From: Candidatus Bathyarchaeia archaeon
GTDB taxonomy: Archaea; Thermoproteota; Bathyarchaeia; Bathyarchaeales; Bathycorpusculaceae
Reading direction: 5' to 3'
Assembly: GCA_038883715.1 (NCBI GenBank)
Contig: JAVZLS010000006.1
Span: 1 to 64,000 of the forward strand
DNA: 64,000 bases
In this document: piece by piece, positions 9,488 to 17,756 of the stretch
How the letters are laid out: each line of letters begins with the position of its first letter
Numbering within the stretch: position 1 is the stretch's first letter
Notes under the pieces: generated by a model
The model's database searches: none
Seen by the model: only the letters and a program-made list of their open reading frames with translations
Told to the model about the DNA's origin: nothing
Program-made: the position numbers and the translations under genes

Positions 9488-10495
9488 ATGGCAAAGCCTA
9501 AGGTTTACGTAACCCGTGAGCTTCCAGAAAGAGGAATGAAAATAATAAAGGAACGTTTTGACGCCGAAGTTTGGCCGGAGTATGGTCCGCCGCCGAAGGC
9601 GGAAATAATAAGGAAGGCGCGGGATGTTGACGCCTTAGTCACGCTTTTGTCGGATAAGATTGATGCTGAAGTTTTTGATGCTGCGCCGAAATTGAAAATT
9701 GTCGCTCAGATGGCTGTTGGCTTTGATAACATAGATGTTGCTGAAGCCACAAGGAGAGGCATATATGTGACGAACACCCCTGGCGTTTTAACAGAAACTA
9801 CAGCGGATTTTGCTTGGGCTTTGTTGATGGCTGTTGCGAGGCGGGTTGTTGAGGCAGACAAATATGTTCGCACTGGACAGTGGAAGGTTAGCTGGCACCC
9901 AAGCATGCTTCTGGGCAGGGATGTTTACGGCGCAACACTTGGTATTGTAGGTGCTGGCAGAATAGGAACGGCAGTCGCGAGGAGGGCAAAAGGCTTCAAC
10001 ATGAGGATTCTCTATTATGATGTTGTGCCTATGCCGCCTGAAGTAGAGAAGGAGTTGGGCGCGAAACGTGTGGACTTGGACACTCTTCTAAGGGAATCCG
10101 ACTTTGTCAGTATCCATGTGCCTTTAATGAAGGAGACATATCATCTAATCAACGAGGAGAAGCTTAGGCTGATGAAGAAGACAGCCTACCTAATCAACAA
10201 CTCCAGAGGACCAGTAATAGATGAAAAAGCCCTTTACAAAGCGTTGAAGGAAGGATGGATTGCTGGCGCAGCCCTAGACGTTTTTGAGCAGGAGCCCACG
10301 CCGGTAGATAATCCTCTGCTTAAGCTGGACAACATCGTTGTGGCGCCCCACATCTCAAGCGCCAGCTACGAAACCCGCTCAAGGATGGCTGAGATGGCTG
10401 CGGAAAATTTGGTTGCCTTCTTTGAGGGAAAAACTCCGCCGAACCTCGTTAATCCAGACGTTGTTAAGGTACGCCCGTTATCCAAGCTCTTTTAA
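9488..10495 (+). CDS. gyaR: Glyoxylate/hydroxypyruvate reductase (D-2-hydroxyacid dehydrogenase)
   Basis: [42 protein letters not shown] motifs; AGGTGA SD before ATG 9488. Confidence 0.9.
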   Translation: MAKPKVYVTRELPERGMKIIKERFDAEVWPEYGPPPKAEIIRKARDVDALVTLLSDKIDAEVFDAAPKLKIVAQMAVGFDNIDVAEATRRGIYVTNTPGVLTETTADFAWALLMAVARRVVEADKYVRTGQWKVSWHPSMLLGRDVYGATLGIVGAGRIGTAVARRAKGFNMRILYYDVVPMPPEVEKELGAKRVDLDTLLRESDFVSIHVPLMKETYHLINEEKLRLMKKTAYLINNSRGPVIDEKALYKALKEGWIAGAALDVFEQEPTPVDNPLLKLDNIVVAPHISSASYETRSRMAEMAAENLVAFFEGKTPPNLVNPDVVKVRPLSKLF

Positions 10496-10591
10496 ACAAT
10501 CATTTCAACATTTTTCAACTATAATGGTTAAATATTCTATCCATGTTAACCTTAACTTTCAATCGCCCTCTCAAAACATTGGTGGTTGTTG

Positions 10592-11770
10592 ATGGTTTCC
10601 ATATTCGCGAAAAGAATGGCATCCCTCGGAACTGAAACGGCTTTTGAAGTGCTTGTCCGTGCAAAAGCCCTTGAAAAACAAGGCAGAGAGATAATCCACT
10701 TGGAAATAGGCGAACCAGACTTTGACACGCCTCAAAACATTAAGGAAGCCGCCGTGAAAGCTCTTTATGCTGGCTACACCCACTATGTGCCAGCGGCCGG
10801 CATCCCAGAATTACGGGAAGCCATAGCCGAGTACATTTCGAAAACCCGAAAAATTACCGTTTACCCAGAAGAGGTTGTTGTCACACCCGGAGCTAAGCCA
10901 ATAATGTTTTTCGCCATATTGGCATGTGTTGAGCGCGGCGACGAGGTCTTATATCCAAATCCAGGTTTTCCAATATACGAGTCCATGATAAATTTTGTTG
11001 GAGCCAAACCAGTACCCATCCCGCTAAAAGAGGAGAACGACTTCCGACTAGACCACGAGTATGTTAAGGCCAAGATAACCAAAAAGACTAAAATGATTAT
11101 TTTGAACTCGCCTGAAAACCCAACTGGCGGCGTTTTAACAAAGGAGGATTTGAAGGTTATAGCTGACTGTATAGCCAAAAGAGACGACGTCATAGTGCTT
11201 TCAGACGAGATTTACAGCAGAATAATCTACGAGGGAAACCATGAAAGTATTGCTTCTCTTCCCGGGATGAAAGAAAAAACCATAATATTGGATGGTTTTT
11301 CGAAAACCTACGCCATGACAGGCTGGAGGCTCGGCTACGGGGTTATGCGAAAAGACCTAGCTGAAAAAATCACACAGCTGATGATTAATTCGAACTCTTG
11401 CACGTGCGCCTTCATCCAAATGGCTGGAGTTGAAGCCCTAAAGGGTCCACAGGACTCTGTTGGAAAAATGGTTGCAGAGTTTAGGAAACGAAGAGAAGTC
11501 ATCGTTTCCGGCTTGAACAACATTAAGGGTATAACTTGCAAAAAGCCTAAGGGCGCTTTCTATGTCTTCCCAAACATAAAGGGGATTGGAAAGACATCTA
11601 AAGAATTTTCAGATTATTTGCTCAATGAGGCTGGTGTGGCGGTTCTGCCAGGCACTTCCTTCGGGAAATATGGCGAGGGATATCTGCGCATATCCTTTGC
11701 AAACTCCATTGAGAACATCAAGAAGGCTTTAGACCGTATAAGCAAGACTGTTGAAAAACTGAAAAGTTAG
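10592..11770 (+). CDS. Class I/II PLP aminotransferase (aspartate aminotransferase-like)
   Basis: GEPDFDTP, NSPENPTG, SDEIY, GFSKTYAMTGWRLGY motifs. Confidence 0.93.
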   Translation: MVSIFAKRMASLGTETAFEVLVRAKALEKQGREIIHLEIGEPDFDTPQNIKEAAVKALYAGYTHYVPAAGIPELREAIAEYISKTRKITVYPEEVVVTPGAKPIMFFAILACVERGDEVLYPNPGFPIYESMINFVGAKPVPIPLKEENDFRLDHEYVKAKITKKTKMIILNSPENPTGGVLTKEDLKVIADCIAKRDDVIVLSDEIYSRIIYEGNHESIASLPGMKEKTIILDGFSKTYAMTGWRLGYGVMRKDLAEKITQLMINSNSCTCAFIQMAGVEALKGPQDSVGKMVAEFRKRREVIVSGLNNIKGITCKKPKGAFYVFPNIKGIGKTSKEFSDYLLNEAGVAVLPGTSFGKYGEGYLRISFANSIENIKKALDRISKTVEKLKS

Positions 11771-11785
11771 GCGGCTTTTCGCTCC

Positions 11786-12160
11786 TTAATCTTCCACTTT
11801 TTCTCCTATCATTGTTTCAACAATTTCCGAGGCTAGCTGTATTAGGTTGTCAGCCTGCTTTACGGCTTTTTCCCCATTCACTTCTTCCAGCTGTGCCATC
11901 TGCTGCATCATCCCCTCAATTTCCACCAAGCATCTCAGAACTGGGTCGTTTCCAAACTGCATTTTTTCAACAGCTTCTCTGACGACGTTTTCTATGAAGG
12001 CTGGCTCTCCTAGGCTGTAGTATATGGCGTTTCTAGCCTTTCTTATGGCTTCTAGAATTAGGCTTGGAGCCATGTAGGGCATTTTCCTTGCGGCTTCAAG
12101 CTCTGCTTTTGCCTCACGTAAGTATCTTAAAGCCCATCCGCGTCTATACTGGTCCATCAT
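11786..12160 (-). CDS. Hypothetical helical protein, HEPN-like
   Basis: 124 aa all-helical; YLREAKAELEAA resembles HEPN helix 1; follows rps17e. Confidence 0.55.
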   Translation of the reverse strand: MMDQYRRGWALRYLREAKAELEAARKMPYMAPSLILEAIRKARNAIYYSLGEPAFIENVVREAVEKMQFGNDPVLRCLVEIEGMMQQMAQLEEVNGEKAVKQADNLIQLASEIVETMIGEKVED

Positions 12161-12210
12161 AGCCTACTGCCTCGCCCGCCTTTTCTAAAATGGAAGGCGG
12201 TCTAATAAAG

Positions 12211-12435
12211 TTACTCGCCTTCCTCTTGGCTTTCGTTGGATGTTGGTGTTTCCATGCCAGAATAAATGTGGGTTATGTATCCAGCAATCTGGTTCCGCAC
12301 CCGAGTTGTTGTTCCCTGCAAAAGCATGGTTACAACCCGCTTGTTCTCTTCAAAGTTGCTGGAAAACTTGTTGGGAAAACGCCTAACAAGTTCTTTGGCT
12401 ATGCGTTTAATGTGTTCTGTGCGAACTTTTCCCAA
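12211..12435 (-). CDS. rps17e: 30S ribosomal protein S17e
   Basis: MGKVRTEHIKR...FEENKR...RNQIAGYIT. Confidence 0.95.
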   Translation of the reverse strand: MGKVRTEHIKRIAKELVRRFPNKFSSNFEENKRVVTMLLQGTTTRVRNQIAGYITHIYSGMETPTSNESQEEGE

Positions 12436-12536
12436 GCTTCATTGTTCCCCCAAGCACCCTCTCCATGCCGTTCCACATTGCACCTGTTTAAAGTGTACAC
12501 TCATAACAAAAAGGCTAAATTTAAATTTACGCGTCG

Positions 12537-13334
12537 CTATTCCTTCGAATTTATCTTCACCCCGAAAAATTCCTCAAAATTTCTGGCTATTTGGTCTGCG
12601 GCTTCCTCAACGCTTATCCTTTTAATTTCGGCTATTTCACCCACAACTGTTGGAATGAAAGCCGGAGTTGTCAATTTCCCGTTGAAGGGACTTTTAAAGT
12701 AGCGCACTGGTCCATCAGTTTCCGTTAATAGATTTGTTAATGGCACTTTCTTGACGATTTCGCGTATACCGTTTGAATAAGCTGTTGGCGGTCCTTCGCT
12801 GATGTAGTATCCCCTTTCAATGGCTTTTGATAACGCGCTTATTGGGTTGCTGAACCAGTGTAAAAGAACCCTCTTTAAATGGTAGGATGGAAGCATATCA
12901 ACAATTTGCGCGGTGGTTCCACGAGAATGAACTATCACTGGCAAGCTTAGTTTTTCGGCTAGATGCAGCATTTCATCAAAAACCTTCAGCTGTTTTTCCC
13001 AAATTTTCTCATACTTGTAGTCTAAGCCGACCTCGCCTATGGCTATTAGAGCTTTATTTTGCCTCTGTTTCACTATAAGCTCTGTTATTTGCTGTAGCTC
13101 CTCCTCAGTTAACGTGTTTACATTCCATGGGTGAATCCCCAAAGCCGCATAAACCATCCCATTATAGCGTTCGGCAAGCTCAAGGCTTTTTATGCTTGTC
13201 TCTAGGTTCATGGAGTTAGAAACTAAAGCCACCACGTTGGAGTTTTTGGCGTCTAAAATGATTTCTTCAACTTTTTCAGCGTATTCGTCGTCTGATAGGT
13301 GAATGTGGGCGTCGACAAACTTTAGGGAGTTCAT
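12537..13334 (-). CDS. TatD-family hydrolase
   Basis: DAHIH, GIHP, IGEVGLD, VHSR, LHWF, ETDGP motifs. Confidence 0.92.
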   Translation of the reverse strand: MNSLKFVDAHIHLSDDEYAEKVEEIILDAKNSNVVALVSNSMNLETSIKSLELAERYNGMVYAALGIHPWNVNTLTEEELQQITELIVKQRQNKALIAIGEVGLDYKYEKIWEKQLKVFDEMLHLAEKLSLPVIVHSRGTTAQIVDMLPSYHLKRVLLHWFSNPISALSKAIERGYYISEGPPTAYSNGIREIVKKVPLTNLLTETDGPVRYFKSPFNGKLTTPAFIPTVVGEIAEIKRISVEEAADQIARNFEEFFGVKINSKE

Positions 13335-13440
13335 AGCGTATGCCACTTTGAGCATAAAACTACAAGCCTAGGCATTTTTATAATTTCCTCTCTTAAATAA
13401 AGAAGGTTAGGTTTTAATGCCAAATTTTGGAAGATAGGTT

Positions 13441-13461
13441 GCAATAAACGTTAAATATTGC
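13441..13461. promoter_or_regulatory. Inverted repeat GCAATA-N9-TATTGC over the putative histone-gene promoter
   Basis: gcaataaacgttaaatattgc encloses a BRE/TATA-like aaacgttaaata about 35 nt upstream of the histone start. Confidence 0.35.
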
Positions 13462-13495
13462 TTTAAATAAAGAAAGAGGCTACGGAGGAGTCTTT

Positions 13496-13717
13496 ATGGC
13501 AGATTTAGAGTTAGCAATTGCCCCCATGCACAGGTTGTGTAAGAAGGCCGGGGCTGACCGGGTAAGCGAGGCAGCCGCAAGAGAGCTGGCAAAAGCCCTA
13601 GAGGAGATAGGGATAAAAATAGCTAAGGAAGCCTTAGACTTTGCAATGCACACTGGAAGGAAGACTATAAAGGCTGAAGACATCGAGATTGCCGCCAGAA
13701 AAGTGATGGGCAGATAA
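13496..13717 (+). CDS. Archaeal histone (HMf/HPh-like)
   Basis: ELAIAPMHRL..KAGADRVS...HTGRKTIKAEDI histone fold; GGAGG SD. Confidence 0.95.
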   Translation: MADLELAIAPMHRLCKKAGADRVSEAAARELAKALEEIGIKIAKEALDFAMHTGRKTIKAEDIEIAARKVMGR

Positions 13718-13828
13718 CACTGCTTCTCCCTTCTTTCTTTTTAAATATGCCGCTAGGGCTAGCAATGTATATAAGAAGCGAGTCTGGAATCTATCCATAG
13801 CCAAAAACGGTTAAGGAGATGCCAGTTA

Positions 13829-14152
13829 ATGGGTGGAAAAAAGAAGCTAAGCCTAAAACAGATGGAACGCATGCAGATGCGGAAGGCTGAAGAGGAGAAA
13901 AAGAAGAAGGAGAAAGAAAAAGCGGCGGCCAAGGAAAAGAAGCTGGCTGGGATACTCGTTCCTGACGTAAAAGGCGAGAAGATTCTCGACGAATTAAAAA
14001 AGATGAGAGTTTTAACGCCTTATACTGTGGCAACCCGCTTCAACATAAGGATAAGCGCGGCGAAAGACTTTCTTGAACAGCTTGAGGAAGATGGTTTGGT
14101 TCAGTTGGTTTCTGGAAACCACGACATCAAAATTTACAAGGCTATAGACTAA
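13829..14152 (+). CDS. rps25e: 30S ribosomal protein S25e
   Basis: Lys-rich N-terminus MGGKKK; VLTPYTVA...IRISAAKDFL winged helix. Confidence 0.9.
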   Translation: MGGKKKLSLKQMERMQMRKAEEEKKKKEKEKAAAKEKKLAGILVPDVKGEKILDELKKMRVLTPYTVATRFNIRISAAKDFLEQLEEDGLVQLVSGNHDIKIYKAID

Positions 14153-14200
14153 ACCATTTTGCGTGATGCCATCTACTAAATTTTCACGGTTGGAGTCCAT

Positions 14201-14677
14201 TTGGCTTATCCAAAAAGAGTGTACACCACCAATGAAGTTAAGGAAGCAGAAAAACTTGTTAGGAAAGGCTATAGACACCGCCTAACAGTCAAAGGAAGCC
14301 CAGATTTTAAACAGAAGGTTAGGGCCGCATTGAAGCTTGTCAAGACTGCTGGCTACTACGATTTTTTAAGGTCATACATTAAAGGCATAATTGAAATTGA
14401 CGGCTTTACACAGCTTCGGGAGTCTGAAGCCTCCATTTGGGCAAACAAGTATGCGGTGGCAAATCCCGTTGACGCCGCTAGTCTCTTCGTGCAGAAGGCG
14501 CATCACATGAAGGAGTATCTTGAAGGAAAAATGTATTATGGAGGAGAAGCCGAAAGACGCTCAGTGGAAAAACGCATAGAATTCCTTGAAACATTGAAAA
14601 AGAAAACCCGAAAAAAAGACGCCAAAGAAGAATGTGAAAAACTTTTAAAAAGTTGGAGCGAAAGTGTATACCTATAA
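14201..14677 (+). CDS. Conserved hypothetical protein
   Basis: 158 aa ORF, TTG start with GGAG SD, co-directional with rps25e. Confidence 0.7.
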   Translation: MAYPKRVYTTNEVKEAEKLVRKGYRHRLTVKGSPDFKQKVRAALKLVKTAGYYDFLRSYIKGIIEIDGFTQLRESEASIWANKYAVANPVDAASLFVQKAHHMKEYLEGKMYYGGEAERRSVEKRIEFLETLKKKTRKKDAKEECEKLLKSWSESVYL

Positions 14678-15055
14678 CCTTTCAACCTTAATAGTTGTTC
14701 CACTCTTTATCTTGCTAAAAAGTTCAAGATTTTTGGTAACTTTGCCTAAAACGTTAACTGGACTGTAGGGCTGGGACTCGCCGAAAAATATGCATAAGGC
14801 GCTTCCCATAGGCCAGAAGGCTATTGTCCCCTTTTCAACAGTGCTTTTTGCTTTTTCTTCGCCCATTTTCACTGGGATTTCAAAGTAGACCTCCTCTTTC
14901 CATAGGGCTGCTCTTCCCTCTATTGGCAGTTTTCGGACAAGCATGTCCACCGTTCTTGGGGCTAGGTGGCGGACAAGCTCGCCTTCGGCTTCGCCCAACC
15001 CCTCAACAATGAATTTTATTTTCACTCTTGAGATTTCGCCCTCTTCATTTCCCAT
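14672..15055 (-). CDS. Cyclophilin-like fold protein (DUF369/AF2241-like)
   Basis: APRTV...LPIEG...WKEEVYF...GTIAFWPMGSALCIFFG...SPVNVLG. Confidence 0.82.
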   Translation of the reverse strand: MGNEEGEISRVKIKFIVEGLGEAEGELVRHLAPRTVDMLVRKLPIEGRAALWKEEVYFEIPVKMGEEKAKSTVEKGTIAFWPMGSALCIFFGESQPYSPVNVLGKVTKNLELFSKIKSGTTIKVERL

Positions 15056-16382
15056 GCTTCTGCACTTTCCCAAGAAATTCTTCCAAAATTTGCTCCAAAG
15101 ACAACGGTCCCAAAACCTTGAGTTCGTACCTCACCCTTACCGTTGGCTTGTTGATTTCCATAACTCTTCTTAGGTCCACTGGTGTTCCGACAACCACAAC
15201 GTCGCATGGTGTACGCATGATCGTTTCATTAAGCTCCTCAATCTGCTTTTCTCCATAGCCTAAAGCTGGCAGAACCGCGCCAAGGTGGGGGTACTTTTCA
15301 TAAGCCTCCTTTATTGAGCCTACAGCGTATGGCCTTGGGTCAGCTAATTCGCTGGCTCCAAGCTGCTTCGCCAATATTGTCGCTGCACCATAGGGCATGT
15401 CACCATGAGTTAATGTTGGACCGTCCTCAATCACAAGCGCCCGCTTACCCTTAATCAGCTCTGGCTTGTCAGCGATTATTGGCGAAGAAGCCTCAAGTAT
15501 GATTGCGTCTGGATTAACCCTCCTTATGTTCTCCTTAACGAGACTGACATTCTTGGAGTCTGCAGTGTCAACTTTGTTTATTATCACCACATGCGCCATT
15601 CTGAGGTTGGCTTCTCCGGGATGATATGAAACCTCGTGTCCCGCCCTATGGGGGTCTGCCACAACTATGTGGAGGTCTGGCTTGTAGAAGGGTATGTCAT
15701 TGTTTCCCCCGTCCCAAACAATGATGTCTGCCTCTTTTTCGGCTTCCCTTAAAATCCTCTCGTAGTCAACCCCGGCGTATACAACTACTCCGTTGTCTAT
15801 GTGAGGTTCATATTCTTCTCTCTCCTCGATGGTGCACTCGTGTCTGTCGAGATCTTCATAGGAGGCGAATCGCTGGCAAACTTGTTTGCGCAAGTCGCCG
15901 TAGGGCATTGGATGCCTAATAACCACAACGTTTAAGCCTTTGCCTTTCAGGATTTTGGCTACTTGCCGCGATGTTTGGCTTTTTCCAGAACCAGTTCTTA
16001 CAGCGCCCACGGAGATTACAGGAACCTTAGCCTTAAGCATCGTCGTCTTTGGTCCCATAAGCCTAAAGTCTGCGCCGTTTGCCAGCGCTATTGACGCCTT
16101 GTGCATAACGTACTCATGGGAGACGTCGCTGTAGGCGAAAACAACTTGGTCGACGTCAAAATCTCTTATCAATCTTGCAAGCTCTTCTTCCGGATAAATC
16201 GGTATACCGTTCGGATAATTTTTGCCAGCTAGCTCCGGTGGATATATCCTTCCTTCTATGCCTGGAATCTGTGTGGCAGTGAAAGCCACAACTTCGTAGG
16301 CATCGTTGCCCCTAAAATAGACGTTAAAATTGTGGAAGTCCCTGCCAGCTGCGCCCATTATAATAACCCTTGTTTTTGCCAT
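15045..16382 (-). CDS. COG2403 P-loop enzyme: arginine synthetase (ArcE)-like / cyclic 2,3-diphosphoglycerate synthetase family
   Basis: GAAGRDFHNFN, TATQIP, P-loop VRTGSGKSQT, RHPMPYG, TIEEREEYEP, WDGGNND, EDGPTLTHG. Confidence 0.8.
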   Translation of the reverse strand: MAKTRVIIMGAAGRDFHNFNVYFRGNDAYEVVAFTATQIPGIEGRIYPPELAGKNYPNGIPIYPEEELARLIRDFDVDQVVFAYSDVSHEYVMHKASIALANGADFRLMGPKTTMLKAKVPVISVGAVRTGSGKSQTSRQVAKILKGKGLNVVVIRHPMPYGDLRKQVCQRFASYEDLDRHECTIEEREEYEPHIDNGVVVYAGVDYERILREAEKEADIIVWDGGNNDIPFYKPDLHIVVADPHRAGHEVSYHPGEANLRMAHVVIINKVDTADSKNVSLVKENIRRVNPDAIILEASSPIIADKPELIKGKRALVIEDGPTLTHGDMPYGAATILAKQLGASELADPRPYAVGSIKEAYEKYPHLGAVLPALGYGEKQIEELNETIMRTPCDVVVVGTPVDLRRVMEINKPTVRVRYELKVLGPLSLEQILEEFLGKVQKHGK

Positions 16383-16462
16383 AAAGCGGGTGCCCCCGCA
16401 AAACCACCAAATTCGGTGAAGGCACTATACTAGACTGGTGTAAATATAAAAACCTAGCTGTT

Positions 16463-17572
16463 TCAACTCCGCCCAATCAAACGAGAAACAGCCTCGCCTA
16501 TAAATTCTATCTGCTCCGCCGTAACTCCAGGATGAACTGGCAGAGAAAGTACCTGCTCTGAGGCTTTCTCCGTTTCTGGAAGCTTCCCTTTTCTAAATTT
16601 ACGGTAGTATGGCATTAGGTGGATGGGCCATGGATAGTAGACTTCGACGCCTATACCTTTCCTCCTCAAATTTTCAACAACAGCATCACGCCTCGCTCTA
16701 TCCGCATCTTTAATTCTCACCGTGTAGAGGTACCAGCTGTTTCTGCAGCCTTTAGGCTCACACGGTAGCTGAAGGTTTTTAACATCGCTTAGTTTTGCTG
16801 TGAGCCTTTCAGCGTTTTCCCTCCGCTTAGCCAGAAAATTGGGCAGTTTCTTTAGCTGTACAATGCCTATTGCTGCTTCAATTTCTGGCATGCGGTAGTT
16901 GTGTCCCAAAAGGACGGACTTGTACTTTTCCTTCTCGCCGTGGCTTCTAATAAGCCTCAAGTTTCCAGCAATTTCATCATCATTTGTGATTACCATGCCG
17001 CCTTCACCAGTTGTCATATTTTTACTTGCATAGAAACTCCAACATGCAATATCCGCAAAGGAGCCAACTGGTTTCCCTTTATAAACTGCACCGTGGGCTT
17101 GGGCTGCATCCTCAATAACTTTTAACCCATGTTTGTCGGCTATCTCCCTTATCGGTTTCAGATCCGCTGGCGAACCATAAAGATCTACAGCAATCACAGC
17201 TTTAGTCTTCTTTGTTAGCGCTTTTTCAACGGCTTCCGGCGAAACATTATAGGTTTCAGGGTTTATATCAACAAAAACTGGTTTCGCCCCAGCCAACACA
17301 ACGGTTTCCGCTGTTGCCACAAAGGTGAAGCTTGGCAAAACCACCTCGTCGCCCTGTTTTACGCCAGCAGCGGCTAAAGCCATGTGCAAGGCTGCTGTTC
17401 CACTGTTTACGGCTATGGCGTGCTTCGCCTCAACAAATCTTGCAAACTCTTCTTCAAACTGCTTAACCATTGGTCCAGCGCCAAGCGCATGTGTTAGGAT
17501 GCCGCTCTTCAAAACTTTTACAACAGCTTCAACTTCCTCTTCTCCGATTTGCGGAGCATTTATAGAAATCAT
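16463..17572 (-). CDS. DegT/DnrJ/EryC1/StrS sugar aminotransferase
   Basis: NSGTAALH, FTFVAT, IEDAAQAHG, SFYASKNMTTGEGG motifs. Confidence 0.93.
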   Translation of the reverse strand: MISINAPQIGEEEVEAVVKVLKSGILTHALGAGPMVKQFEEEFARFVEAKHAIAVNSGTAALHMALAAAGVKQGDEVVLPSFTFVATAETVVLAGAKPVFVDINPETYNVSPEAVEKALTKKTKAVIAVDLYGSPADLKPIREIADKHGLKVIEDAAQAHGAVYKGKPVGSFADIACWSFYASKNMTTGEGGMVITNDDEIAGNLRLIRSHGEKEKYKSVLLGHNYRMPEIEAAIGIVQLKKLPNFLAKRRENAERLTAKLSDVKNLQLPCEPKGCRNSWYLYTVRIKDADRARRDAVVENLRRKGIGVEVYYPWPIHLMPYYRKFRKGKLPETEKASEQVLSLPVHPGVTAEQIEFIGEAVSRLIGRS

Positions 17573-17756
17573 AATCAAGCCTCTGCTACTATGCTAGTTC
17601 CCAAAAATATAAAATGATTGTCGAATTTGACAACGAATAAACAGCAAAATGAGGTTGACTATCAGCGACCAACAAAAGCCAAAAATGACTATGAAGTGTT
17701 CCAGAAACTAGATTTTTATTTGAGTTACGCTTGTTAATTTCTAGAGGGAGGGGGCT

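Noticed and set aside
12494-12499. Isolated TGTACA upstream of rps17e as a TrpY site
   Set aside because: Single hexamer with no phased partner; expected by chance
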